A stretch of 58,164 nt of DNA from Nemertoderma westbladi. Its lineage: Eukaryota; Animalia; Xenacoelomorpha. This document shows positions 1-12,024 of the stretch, piece after piece. The first letter of the stretch is position 1. The number at the start of each line of letters is the position of its first letter. The stretch spans positions 1 to 58,164 of the forward strand of contig JAUCBJ010005217.1 of the NCBI GenBank assembly GCA_032718475.1, read 5' to 3'. The translations under genes were made by a program, and so were the position numbers. Under the pieces are notes generated by a model. That model was not told where the DNA came from and did no database searches. It saw nothing but the letters and a program-made list of their open reading frames with translations.

Positions 1-254
1 ATATATAAAATTACACTTACAGGTGGATAAAATACACATTTAAGTAGAAGGGCTAAGGCAACAACAGATAGACGGATAAACGCTTAAATACAAACAACAA
101 CAATAAAACTATAAGAATGACGAACGAAATAAAACCAAGTAAACAGAGATTATATCATCAAGTAAAAAAAAAATATATATTGTTTCGAAAGCCATTCATC
201 CCTATTTATAAAATGACAAAATACCAATTTAAGTATTAAAAACTATTTGTTAGA

Positions 255-1260
255 TTAAATATAAATAAAAACTACTGAACATTTTTGTCCAGCTATCTTG
301 ACCTGCCACTCATTAGCCCAAGTCTCTAGTGATTCTGCCAATGAATGGATGTCTGATGATTTGCTGTACAACTTGAGATCGTCAGCGAATAAATTACAAC
401 AGGTGCCGGTACCTATAATATCAGGTAAATCATTAACATAGAGTAAAAATAATAATGGCCCTAAAACGCTTCCTTGAATTGTACCCGATATAACTTTGCT
501 TACGACAGAAATATTATTACCAACCAAAACTTGTTGGATACGATTACATATAAAAGCACCAATCCACAATTACAAGTGACCCGAGATACAGTAGCTAGCA
601 AGTTTAGCCAAAAGTTTACAGTGAACGTCAGAATCAAACGCCTTGGCGAAATCTATGTATATAACGTGTATAGAGCTGTGACTGTCAAGCAGCTCAAACC
701 ATTTATTAGTATTGTCAAGCAATTGAGTACAAGTACTGCGACGTTTCATAAATCCATGTTGCGACTTGCTAATAATATTATGCAACCTTAAGTCCAATAA
801 TACATCATTTTTGATACATAACTCCATTACTTTACATGTTACACATGTAAGCGAAATGGGGCGGTAGTTATAGGAATTAGTGTGGCTGCCCTTCTTAAAG
901 AGGGGGATAATGTTAGCAGTGAGCCATATAGAGGGTAAAGCGTGAGATTCAAATGATACTTTAAATAAAATACACAAGGGAACAGATAAACATTTGTGTA
1001 GTTTCGCTAAAATTTAACTGGGAAATCCCTGGAGTTTTTCCACATTTAGCCTTAATATTCTTAAGTACAGAATAAACAGCACCAGGGGAAAATCTACAGT
1101 GGAAATGAGTACACCATTAGCTACTCTACAGCTAAAAATAGGCATTGATTCGTTATCCTTTGTAAAATTCTCAGAAAAAACTTCAGAAAATATATGTGCT
1201 TTAGTAGAGTCATCAATTATTACTTTGCCATTCATTTTAAACGCAGATATAAGAATTAAT
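255..1260 (-). mobile_element. Decayed CR1-group LINE ORF2 fragment (reverse transcriptase)
   Basis: Consecutive broken ORFs 1014-1235, 570-977, 255-569 give YRPISLTCVTCKVME, QHGFMKRRST, IYIDFAKAFD, QGSVLGPLLFLLYVNDL, FADDLKLY. Confidence 0.85.
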
Positions 1261-1819
1261 TTATTTTTCTCATCCCTTGATCTACCGTATTCTATCGGAA
1301 TTTAAGAGCAGTTATTTATGGCGTAATCTCAAACACAACTCTGTATTATCCTGTTATCACCTGTGTTAGGGTCGCACATAAGCTTACATACATACAGTTA
1401 GTTTTTCAAGCGGTATTTATTACGTTTTATAAAAATTAGCCTTCAAACTTCTTCTGATCGTCAAATAAATTTATCCCCAGAAGATTTGATGCATAAATTA
1501 CCTCCAAGTAAGGCTATCTAACAATGTGTGTTGTTTAATTATCCACGGGATAGGTTTATGGAGTGTGAGGGTTTTCCAAGGGGGTTAATTACCCAAGGGG
1601 GTGGTAGCGCAGGAAGAGACTTAGGTTCGTTCCCTTTGACGCAGATATCTTTGATCTGAAAATTTCGATTTCTCTCACCTAAATATGGAAAAAAACACTG
1701 AAATATAATGTAACTAATAATTTCGCAAAAAGAACGAAACATTATTTCTTATCTGATTATTTAAATCAGCATTTTCTAGGAATAGTAAAAATCGTATTTC
1801 TCTTCTGGCACTACAGTAC

Positions 1820-2181
1820 GATCGGCATGCTGCATTGCAGCTGCACTATATATATATTACATATATATTAAGAATGCTGTGCCGGCTTGTCGACAAAATT
1901 GCGACGCCACAACTCCCTATCACCCATGACATTTGCTAGATCATCCGCATCTTCAAGGCAGGTGTCCTTTAAGATGCGTCTCAAGAAAGTCCACCATGCT
2001 TATTCACTCCATGAGGCTGCCAAAGTACAAGATTATGCACTGGCTGGTCCTCACGGCGAAAGCAATATCCTGCAAAGCGGAGGCGGCTTCGTTCTAGTTT
2101 CAAGCTCGGGGGAACCAATGAGACATCTCCAATGATATATAGTGTCTGGTGTACTTGACACAGTGAATACGGCGTGAACAC
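1820..2181 (-). mobile_element. RTE-clade LINE (family B) 3' fragment
   Basis: Reverse complement of 11190-11550; encodes SRLRFAGYCFRREDQPVHNLVLWQPHG. Confidence 0.85.
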
Positions 2182-2280
2182 TGGTAAGCCGCACTACAGT
2201 ATGCCCGTCCGAACAAGAGTTTTATTTCTTTACCTGAAACACATATCTTCATATTCTACAATATAATTAATTGATTTCAG

Positions 2281-2472
2281 ATTACTCGGGATGACATAAA
2301 AAAATTTGATTCGTCGGGAAGTCGTCGGGTTGTAGCGGAAGAGCCAACGAAGAGATCACGATGGGGTTCGAAGTATTACTGGATCAACGACGAGGGGAGA
2401 AAACGGGAGAGTGCGGCGGACGAATCAGCGTCCACTGAACTACACCCGTTGTACGGGCGCTATTTCCGATAG
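2281..2472 (+). CDS. Probable terminal coding exon of a peptide-precursor gene (paralog of 6346-6486)
   Basis: Acceptor ttgatttcAG at 2280; open frame ITRDDIKKFDSSGSRRVVAEEPTKRSRWGSKYYWINDEGRKRESAADESASTELHPLYGRYFR*; shares ITRD-IK and SRWG-K--WIND with 6346-6486; upstream exons not found. Confidence 0.55.
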   Translation: MTRDDIKKFDSSGSRRVVAEEPTKRSRWGSKYYWINDEGRKRESAADESASTELHPLYGRYFR

Positions 2473-2787
2473 AGATGATTAATGCGGTTGAACAACTCTC
2501 TACCGGGAAATAATTAATAACTCTTCGAGAGTTTCATTAACAGCCTTGGACTGCCCGATATTATTACACTTTATATTATTGATGTAAGAATTGACCCCCA
2601 CATACTCTGTATAATAAGTAAATACACGAATACTAAACGGTACCATATTAGCATCACAACCCAGTGATTCATATGTTTTTTTTATGCGTATCAGACGCTG
2701 TGAAGTAAAGTGGATTTTCTTATGTTTGACTTTTTGACGCTGCTTTGCATCATTTCAATGCTAAATAAAGAATTTTATTTTCGTTTC

Positions 2788-2839
2788 AAAAGCAAACAGT
2801 CGGCTGAAAACTCCTCTTTCGATAGTTGCTACCCGAAGG
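2788..2839 (-). mobile_element. 3' fragment of the SINE at 5544-5730
   Basis: aaagcaaacagtcggc...ctcctctttcgatag(t/c)tgctacccga shared with 5548-5612. Confidence 0.7.
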
Positions 2840-3239
2840 TCTAGTGTTTTCTATCACGCTGCTCTCCATTACCCGCTCCCATTATATTTCATATAATTGT
2901 ATGTAATGTTTCTACTTAATTTGTAACAATGAACATTGAACGCTTTAACGGCTAGGTTGTCTGGGCAACAGCCAACAGCCTTGAACGGTCCCCCAAATTT
3001 GAAAATGACCAGTGAGCAATGCAATCCGTACAATACAAAATCCCGTCTAATATTGATTTGTTGTTTGTTCCCAATTCATTAACATATTAATGATAATTTT
3101 AGGCTGCCTAAAATTGGTCTACTTGGGGGACATTTTGTCAGTTTCTATGGTGTTTTTATTATTAGAATAAATGGCCTGCAAAGGAAGCAAATACATGCAA
3201 CATTCGAAAGCCCGCCCATATTACTCAGTCAGTTCCCAA

Positions 3240-3560
3240 CCGAATTCAATATTTTTGGTGGAATTTCTTAAACTCCATTGTGTTGAAAGGGCATCGAAAT
3301 AGAAATGATGTGCAAGTAATTGGAATAAAATCCATGCATACTCTCACTCTCAAGGGTTATTGCAACTCATGTGTATGCAAGGCGAGTTTCCAAAAACGGA
3401 ACTTGTAGTTAAGCGGCTCTCTAGTTACGTAATAAATATTCGAGAACACTAAATTATTTAACATTGAGTAAGGCGGCATCAGGAGTTGAATAGTTCAATA
3501 ATTGAATTGCAGTAAATCTATGGTAATTATAGTAATATAGTATAATACTGCAGTTCTAAT
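3240..3560. repeat. Inverted paralog of ~7590-7658 plus 8413-8650 (empty-site version)
   Basis: 3411-3490 is a near-perfect reverse complement of 8414-8497; homology continues on the other side of the 7659-8412 MITE. Confidence 0.8.
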
Positions 3561-3566
3561 TATCAA

Positions 3567-3988
3567 CTGTCTGCACCAGTGTCTGCACCACTGTCTGCAC
3601 CAGGTGTCTGCACTAGTGTCTGCACAAGCGTCTGCACCACTGTCTGCACCACTGTCTGCACCACTGTCTGCACTACTGTCTGTCTGCACCGCTGTCTGCA
3701 CCACTGTCTGCACCACTGTCTGCACCAGTGTCTGCACCACTGTCTGCACCACTGTCTGCACCAGTGTCTGCACCACTGTCTGCACCAGTGTCTGCACCAG
3801 GTGTTTGCACCACTGTCTGCACCACTGTCTGCACCAGGTGTTTGCAACACTGTCTGCACCACTGTCTGCACCAGTGTCTGCACCACTGTCTGCACCAGTG
3901 TCTGCACCAGGTGTTTGCACCACTGTATGCACCAGGTGTTTGCACCACTGTCTGCACCACTGTCTGCACCACTGTCTGCACCAGTGTC
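3567..3988. repeat. 12/13-bp minisatellite (TGTCTGCACCAC)
   Basis: Direct inspection; about 35 units. Confidence 0.95.
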
Positions 3989-4769
3989 TACTTAACGTTT
4001 ACACCCGCTTATTTAGCCGAATTTTGATTTCGCCCTTATTTTGGATAGAATATGGGGGAAACGCTACCAATACTGTACCTACTTTTTTGCTATGTAAAAT
4101 CCATGTTGCTAAAGAATAAATATGAAATTATTGAAAGCGCACCGCATAACTTATTTTTATAATTTTTGGTACTAGCAAGCATTACGTAGAATTATAAATT
4201 TTTGTTTCGGATTAATTGCGAATTAATTTTGGGTTACCTCGCCTGGATTGTCTGTAGAATTCGATATGTGTGGGAGATCTGTATTGATTTCCCGCGTAGA
4301 ATCTTTGATCCTATTAGATCTCCTCGACTTGGAATCTATTCAATAATCGTATATATTAAACATCGAGACAGACCTGCGTCAGTACTGTTACTCTAAAGGA
4401 ATAACAATTAAAACTCAACTAGAAGTCGCATATGGTATCGGATTGCTATTAAAATAATTTATGATTATTCAATTCCTATTATTCTTATGAAAGCAGAATA
4501 TATTTGTAGTTCACATTACAGAAACTACACTTTGCAGCTCAATTTATTCTCAGAAAAATTTAAAACCTTTTAAATCTAAATTCAATTAAATCAAATCAAT
4601 TTATGTCACCGTAATAATAATACATCAATTGCCCTGAATTGTGTCGAAAAGGGGTAATTTCGATAAAAATTCATCCCTCTCCAGGGTAAATTCGACGCAA
4701 GTAATAGCAGAATACTCTCAAAAATATAGTTGTAACCTGTTTTAATTATACACACTACACAGTCTACAC

Positions 4770-5073
4770 TTACCAAACTATCTACCCTCACCAAACGTTA
4801 TACCCTGACCAAACTATCTACCCTTACAATCGTTCTACCCTGACCAAATTATCTGCCTTACCAAACTATCTGCTTTACCAAACTATCTATCTACCTTACC
4901 AAACGGTCTAACCGTACAAAACGGTCTACCTTATCAAACTGTCTACCTTACCAATCGTTCTACCCTTACCAAACTGTCTACCTTACCAAGCGGTCTACCC
5001 TTACCGAACGGTCTACCCTTACCAAACGGTCAACCCTTACCAAACGGTTTACCCTTACCAAAAGGTTTACCCT
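4770..5073. repeat. 18-19-bp minisatellite (TTACCAAACGGTCTACCC-like)
   Basis: Degenerate tandem units visible directly. Confidence 0.9.
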
Positions 5074-5264
5074 TATATAATTATAGGAATGATCTGATCA
5101 TGGACCATGGAACGTTCAATAAATACAAAATCACGTCACAATTTATTTTAATGAAATTTCAAACATAATATCCTCGTGCTGTTCAATAATTACCATATAT
5201 GGTAACTTCTCCGTAAATATAACCTACTACTAATAACTTATCCTCACAATTATTGCAAAGTAAT

Positions 5265-5540
5265 CTTATTACGCGGGTTTTCGGGGTCTGTGATTCAGTT
5301 TAAAGGTTTGATGAAATCTGGTCTGTCTGTCTGTCTGTCTGACGGTCTGGTATGTCTGTCAGGCTCTCGGAGACTGACAAGACGGACTGGTAGATGGATA
5401 GACAGTGATAACTCGAGAATTAAAAAAGTATCGCTAAACGGTTTCAAGATTTAAATCTTCATTAAATTTATTATGCTTCATCTGAAGTAAAAAAAAAAGC
5501 AATATGTGAAATTGTCACCCAAGAAGTGGGCACGCCCTAA
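5265..5540 (+). mobile_element. Possible Helentron-associated (HINE/DINE-1-like) non-autonomous element fragment
   Basis: TTATTAC start, (TCTG)n microsatellite, then GATAACTCGAGA core-like segment; architecture resemblance only. Confidence 0.35.
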
Positions 5541-5543
5541 ATC

Positions 5544-5730
5544 AAGCAAAGCAAACAGTCGGCCGAGGCCGGAGGCGACCCGAAGGCTCCTCTTTCGATA
5601 GCTGCTACCCGAGGGCAGGGGTGGGCGCTACTCCTAGTGGATGAAAGGCTGAGTGGACCCTGGCGGGGCTGAACCTACAACCAATAGATTGTAGGCCTGG
5701 CGCTCAGCCAATTGAGCTACCACGCCGTCC
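5544..5730 (-). mobile_element. tRNA-derived SINE
   Basis: Minus strand: A-box TAGCTCAATTGG, B-box-like GGTTCAGCCCC, CCACTCAGCCTTTCATCC segment, GC-rich hairpin body, (TTTGC)n tail. Confidence 0.8.
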
Positions 5731-5775
5731 AAAATAACTTGCAAATAAATAATTGTTTTATTTATTCAAAAGAAA

Positions 5776-6486
5776 ATGACATTAGTAGGCCTAAATATAT
5801 TATTAGTTGTCGTGGTCATTGTAACATCTGTAATCTCAATTAGTAAGGAGGAAATTGTGATCAACAATAAAAAGATACGTCGGACACCATCAGTATATGA
5901 TCAATATGGTATTGAAGATTTGGTTAAAAAGGTAGATAATACAGTAAATTTTATCAAAATGATAATCATTAATGCTTGACATAGTTAAATCGACCAATTA
6001 CTACAGTATTATATTAATCGAGATGGCTATAGTGTATAGAGTATTAGAGACGTGTATAGTGTATAGTTAGAATGGATGCGAAGACTGCGGTCCAGAAGAC
6101 GCCGCCGCCGTGAGACTGCAGCCTTCCTAAAGTCAGTGGGTAATGGGTATGGCGACATGGTCGCCACGCCAACCTCGGCACCATGGATCCCAGCCTCCCG
6201 ATTCCCTTACCACCAATGTGTTCGACTAAACTTTGTAAATTTTTTTTCATATTTATTTAATTTTCTTACTTAGTAATTTTTTTCAACAAACAGTCATTAT
6301 GATGTAGATGCTGTAGGACATTAAAACTTAAATGACTCATTCCAGATAACTCGGGATGAAATAAAGGAAAACGAAGCGGCGAGGAGTGAAGAGGAGCCGT
6401 TAGAACGCGTTAGAAAATCGCGATGGGGACCAAAGCATCTCTGGATAAACGACGGCAATATCGACACGACGATACGATCTGTCTGA
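5776..6486 (+). CDS. Putative 3-exon secreted prohormone/neuropeptide-like precursor, ~154 aa (exons 5776-5931, 6067-6234, 6346-6486)
   Basis: ATG plus hydrophobic signal peptide (ILLVVVVIVTSVIS); GT-AG phase-0 introns join one open frame; basic sites KIRR, RRRRRR, RVRK; last exon paralogous to 2281-2472. Exon 2 splice sites are weak. Confidence 0.55.
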
Positions 6487-6802
6487 TTACACTTTCCATA
6501 TATAATACTCATATATCTAAGATACACCCCTCCCCCCCCCCCCCCCCCTCCCCCATCCCTAATTTTTCTACAAATCGTAATGAGATTGCATGAAATTTGA
6601 AACAGAGATAGTTTCACCTCCCGACCACGGACTGGGTGAGCCAGAATTTTTATTTTTGCTTTCAATCTTTAGCTACAAGCGTTTAAAAAAAGTGTCTCCA
6701 GCGATATTACACCAGTTACACCGCAGTTATTCTTCTACCTTATAGCTGTTTGTTGGTACCAATTGAAAGCTATGTAAAAACATTTCAAATTGGTTGGGAA
6801 AT

Positions 6803-6994
6803 TATGGTGGCCCTGAGCGGCCAGTTTTGTAAGTTTTGTAATATTTTTTTGTTCCCCCGACTTTACAAAACTCTTAATCTTGTAATCTTTTTATTTGTTT
6901 TCCCGAGTTTTGTAAAGTCGTTCGAACGAGTTTGCAAAAGACGGGGGAACAAAAAGAAGATTACAAAAATTGGCCGCTCAGGGCCACCACCATA
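6803..6994. mobile_element. Palindromic MITE-like element
   Basis: GGTGGCCCTGAGCGGCCA (6806) / TGGCCGCTCAGGGCCACC (6971-6988) with further inverted internal segments. Confidence 0.7.
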
Positions 6995-7012
6995 GGAAAT
7001 AGCGGAGTTATC

Positions 7013-7254
7013 ATTCGAAAGTTGCATGTATTTGCTTCCGCTGCACCCCATTTATTCTATTTAATAAATACCCATGTTCTAGAATATTTTGTTTATCGCA
7101 TAAGTAGCTGGGCAACTACCAATCACAATGTCTATATAATAATACTAGTACATGAATATTTATATATAAACAGATGCTGTAGAACTTGGTGTTTTTATTA
7201 AATACTGTAGAATAAATGGCCTGCAGCGGAAACAAATACATGCAACATTCGAAT
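7013..7254. mobile_element. MITE-like element with ~60-bp inverted arms
   Basis: 7013-7072 is the reverse complement of 7188-7254; a single arm recurs at 3149-3210. Confidence 0.7.
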
Positions 7255-7658
7255 ACCCTTAACTGTTTGCAGCTTAACAGCTGTTTGCAAATTTAAATGT
7301 TTTTACATATTTGGAATCCTTACCTTTTTTTAAACGTTTGCATTTATTAAATTATTCCGGAAAACAAAATTATAATTATATAAAATTAATGGAAGATAAA
7401 GTATAACTTTCTTCCACTATTCTCGAGGTATTTTATTTACAGCGAGGTTAATAAAGGATCTAGAGTATATTGAGAAAAATATTCTACGTTTTTTTCCCAT
7501 GTAATACGTAATTTTATTCTTAAATTGGTTCTTTTTTGTTGCTCAATTCTTGAATAAAAGATAGAGCGATATAGTGTTACTGTAGTATATATTGAACTAT
7601 AGTATTTTACTATATTGCTTCCATAGTTACTGCGATTCTAATTATTGTACTCTTCAAC

Positions 7659-8412
7659 CATGGCCTACTATATATACGGCCTAACATGTTGTCGATTTGG
7701 CCTTAAAAAAGAGGCCAGTTTAGTTTTTTTTACACTATTTTGATATGGGGAGAGTTCTATAAATTTTCATTTGCTGCAATTTGGTCAACGGACGTAATTG
7801 AAGACTCCTCGTTAAGCAAGATACTAAATTTTATGGGAGCTAGTGTTTTAGATAGGTTTAGCTAGTAATTTCGACACTGGTTCCGACATCCTACTTCCCT
7901 CTATAAATATATTGTAGTAGCTAGTTCTTGTTACTATTTGTATAGAAAATGTTCCAGAACATGTTAGCTATTCATTTTTAAAAAAGTTATGTTCTAGAAC
8001 AAATATTTTTTGTTCTAGAACATGTTTTAGAGAAAAATCTAGATTCTATTTGAACCACATGGAATCGTTCTAAAACGTGATTTTTCTTAAAATGAATAGC
8101 TAACATGTTTTGGAGCATTTTCTATACAAATAGAAATAAGAACTAGCTACTACAAAATATTTATAGAGGGAAGTAGAATGTCGGAACCCGTATCGAAATT
8201 ACTAGCTAAACCTATCTAAAACACTAGCTACCATAAAATTTTTATCTTACTTAACGAGGAGTCTTCAATTACGACCGTTGACCAAATTGCAGCAAATGAA
8301 AATTTAATGAACTCTACCCATATCAAAATATAAAAATAGTGTAAAAAAACTGGCCTCTTTTTTTAAGGCCAAATCGACAACATGTTAGGCCGTATATATA
8401 TAGTAGACCATG
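7659..8412. mobile_element. Foldback MITE, P-superfamily-like, 7-bp TSD CTTCAAC
   Basis: ~340-bp imperfect inverted arms starting CATGG(C/T)CTACTATATA; CTTCAAC at 7652-7658 and 8413-8419; empty site in the paralog near 3484-3490. Confidence 0.85.
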
Positions 8413-9162
8413 CTTCAACTCCTGATGCTGCCTTAATGACTCAATGTTAAATAATTTAGTGTTCTCGAATATTTATTACGTAACTAGAGAGCCGCTTCCA
8501 TTTTAGAGTACGCCTTGCAGACACTAAAGTTGCAATAACTTTTGAGTTTGTGAATGGATTTTGCTCAACTTACTTGCAAGCATTTTTTCTAATTCGATGC
8601 TCTTTCAACACATGAAATAAAAATCAAGAAATTCCATGTTATTGAAATTCCAATAAAATGTATTAACTTACTTTTTTCGCCGGGGAAAAAAGTAAAAGCA
8701 ATGCAATCCTATGGGTTACTTTTTTCCCTACGGTAAAAAAGCGAATTTGGGATATATTCGATCGAAAAGGTAACAATTTAAGAACAATACAATTTTCAGC
8801 AGAGCTTTGGGGCGCATTAACAATATACAACATTAATATGTCAAAATATTAATATTGTATTAATATTGTCAAACAATAATATAGAATCCAAAAATATGAT
8901 TTGAATTTCTTTTTGGTTTTAGCTAGATTGAATGAAATAAAACTAATTTCTTAATTCATGTATTGATTTGGTTTCAATATTATAGTTACCGATTAACGTA
9001 CGAATGTGCGACTTTACTAACCAATAACATTTATTACAGTCGCACAAATCCACAAAACAAATAGATTATTAACACATTTATACAAATTAAAACACCTGCC
9101 AAAGTTAAACTTCTGGATCGATCTACCGGGATTATCCTGATTAAAAGTGGCCGTGATAGATT

Positions 9163-9258
9163 CCGTGGCGTGGTGCCGTGGCGCGGTGCCGTGGTGCGGT
9201 GCCGTGGCGCGGTGCCGTGGCGCGGTGCCGTGGCGCGGTGCCGTGGCGTGGTGCCGTG
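9163..9258. repeat. 13-bp GC-rich minisatellite (CCGTGGCGCGGTG)
   Basis: About 7 units, direct inspection. Confidence 0.95.
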
Positions 9259-9714
9259 GGGCTGAGTTTTGGTTATTTTTTAATCCAAAATTATTTGCCT
9301 AATTGCATCCGCCGATTCTAAAATCTACTTTTAATTCAAACTGCGATAATCCTAGATTCGAGCAACTAAGGTCCGTCTCACACACTGCGCAACTTTATTT
9401 ATCTACAAAGTTATATTAGATCGTAGTAAGAACTACAGTATATTTGGGAGTCGGCCTATATGGACACACATTGCTTCGGAATACAACATCCGCAATTATA
9501 GTCTATTAAATCATTATTACCATCTATAATTTATCTACAGATCTTGTATTGGTAACAATATTTCACTTCTGAAAAAATTTACCAATTTTTCATTTACAGT
9601 TAAACTTATATTACATTACTACATGCACTACAACTGTAGAAACACAGTAAAACACTAGGAAAACATTAACATAGGGAAATTATATATAAAAAAAATAATT
9701 TATTAATAACTATT

Positions 9715-10355
9715 TACATCATTGTGTGCAAAGTAGCACTTTGCAGCGTTACGACCCGAGTTCATTTATGTACCGAGCGAGCGCAGCGAGGGAGGTTTAG
9801 ATAAATAAAAAAGGGTCTTTAACGCTGAAAAGTGACCTTTGCAAGCAATGATGTATCTAATTTTGTTACATTATGTCAACTTATCAGCGTTTGGTATGTG
9901 AAGAAAGGATTTTATGGATACTCATTTATACATTCGAATCATGTACTATTTCAAATATAAGTGAAAATTATTAACAGGTAAACAGTAGTAATTATACATT
10001 TAAATCAAATTAAAGTTTATTAGAAGTTATCTCCTGTATGAATCATGGATGAGATAAATCATTAATCCATCTTGACCTTGGTCGACTGAAGCAAACTGAG
10101 TCACCGTCTGTGTCCGTTCAGTTTTACTGAACACTGTCGCCATTTTCTATGGTAATTTTATTTAAAGTCTCTTCTATTGGCTGTTTTGCCATGCCATAAT
10201 GGACATTCTGGAATAAGGTAATTCAAGTTGTTTCCATGTCATTGATTACTTTGCAGCGTTCCGTCCTAAAGGCCGCAACGCTGCAAAGTAGTACTTTGCG
10301 GCGTTACTAGTAATTTACCAGAACGCTGTTAAGTTGAAATAATGTAACAAAATAT
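9715..10355. mobile_element. Probable non-autonomous DNA element with nested inverted repeats (Crypton/Helitron-like layout)
   Basis: Long hairpin 9715-9855 around GAGCGAGCGCAGCGAG; inverted ATTTTGTTACATTAT (9860) / ATAATGTAACAAAAT (10339); repeated ACTTTGCAGCGTT motif. Confidence 0.4.
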
Positions 10356-10574
10356 ATATAATATTAAAATTCGTTGTTTTCCATATGTTTTCGTAGTGAT
10401 TTAATTCTTTTAACTCATTCTTATGACAATTTTAATCTAGGTAACATGAAACCAGGAAATTAGATTACAGTAATAAAATGTTAAACCGGGAAATTTTGTA
10501 TTAAAATAATAAATTCAATGTTGTTATTGAATGAATTTTAAAGTTAACTTACATACAGATACAGGCGTACATAG

Positions 10575-10915
10575 ACGTGAAGGGCAGCCCTAAACATCAG
10601 TTGGAGACAACACATGACAAACTCCGAGCTCTATGGTACTATACCGACCTGTATCAACCACCCTCAGTGAACGCAGATTAAGATTCAGTGGGCACTGCTG
10701 GCGAAGTAAAGACGAGGTCATACCAGATCTACTTTTCTGGCAACCAACTCATGAAAGCGAAGTCGTGGACAACCTGCCATAACATATATAGATCAACTTG
10801 AAAATGATACTGAACTTGGGAGAAACGAAATTGCGACAACTATGGAGAGTCTGGAAGCCTGGAAGGTTCTCATTTCCACTGTCCGAGTTCGCTCGACCTA
10901 CTTTAGTAGTAGTAC
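10575..10915 (+). mobile_element. RTE-clade LINE (family A) 3' end
   Basis: Broken frames give ALNISWRQHMTNSELYG, ERRLRFSGHCWRSKDE, LLFWQP, RGQPAITYIDQL; ends in (TAG)n. Confidence 0.8.
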
Positions 10916-10919
10916 ATAC

Positions 10920-11560
10920 ACACAGGATGGTATGCTTGAGCATGTGGACGACTTCTGTTACCTGGGATCATGGATCCAGAAGTCAGGTGAGGACCTTCGA
11001 ATACGTAAGGGAAAATCGTGGGGAGCTTTGAATAGGCTTTCCAGGATGTGTAAGTCACAGAGAATTACACGGAAACTTAAGGTCCGATTATTTAGAGCAG
11101 CAGTAGTTCCAGTACTCCTCTATGGGAGTCCATGCTGAGCTCTAACTGCTGAGGATACCAAATCTCAGGATGGCACATTCACAAGATTGCTACGCCGGGT
11201 TCATTGTGTCAAGTACAATGCACACATCTCAAACCAGACACTATATAACATTGGAGGTGTCTCATTGGTTACCCCAAGCTTGACACTAGAACAAAGCCGC
11301 CTCCGCTTTGCAGGACATTGCTTTCGCCGTGAGGACCAGCCAGTGCATACTCTTGTACTTTGGCAGCTTCATGGAGTGAATAAGCATGGTGGACAGCCCA
11401 TGACATTCTTGAGACGCATCTTAAAGGATACTGGCCTTGAAGATGCCTATCAAATGTCATGGGTGATAGGGAGTTGTGGCGGCGCAATTTTGTCGACAAG
11501 CCGGCACAGCATTCTTAGAAATGCAGCTGCAATGCAGCATGCCGATCCTAGTAGTAGTAG
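10920..11560 (+). mobile_element. RTE-clade LINE (family B) 3' part
   Basis: VDDFCYLGSWI, KLKVRLFRAAVVPVLLYG, SRLRFAGHCFRREDQP; (TAG)n tail near 11550. Confidence 0.85.
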
Positions 11561-11609
11561 ACATACATACATCGTCCACAAGGTTGCATCGCCGACCGGC
11601 CTTGCAACG

Positions 11610-12024
11610 CAACACCTCCAGAGCTCGCGATTACCCACACAACTCCCCAACACCTCCGGAGTTCGCGATCACCCACACAACTCCCCAACACCTCCAGAGC
11701 TCGCGATTACTCACACAACTCCCCAACACCTCCAGAGCTCGCGATCACCCACACAACTCCCCAACACCTCCAGAGCTCGCGATCACCCACACAACTCCCC
11801 AACACCTCCACAGATCGCGATCATCCACACAACACCTCCAGAACTGGCGATCTCCCGACAACCCCCCAACACCTCCAGAGCTCGCGATCACCAACACAAC
11901 TCCCCAACACCTCCAGAGCTCGCGATCACCAACACAACTCCCCAACACCTCCAGAGCTCGCGATCACCCACACAACTCCCCAACACTTCCAGAACTCGCG
12001 ATCACCCACACAACTCCCCAACAC
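11610..12024. repeat. 38-bp satellite block (ACAACTCCCCAACACCTCCAGAGCTCGCGATCACCCAC)
   Basis: Tandem units; duplicated at 14494-14908. Confidence 0.95.

Noticed and set aside
3495-4119. Cys/His-rich overlapping ORFs
   Set aside because: Translation of a 12-bp minisatellite.
3240-8650. Pack-type transposon capturing the peptide gene between inverted repeats
   Set aside because: Outer ends are the most diverged and no TSD was seen; better explained as paralogous blocks.
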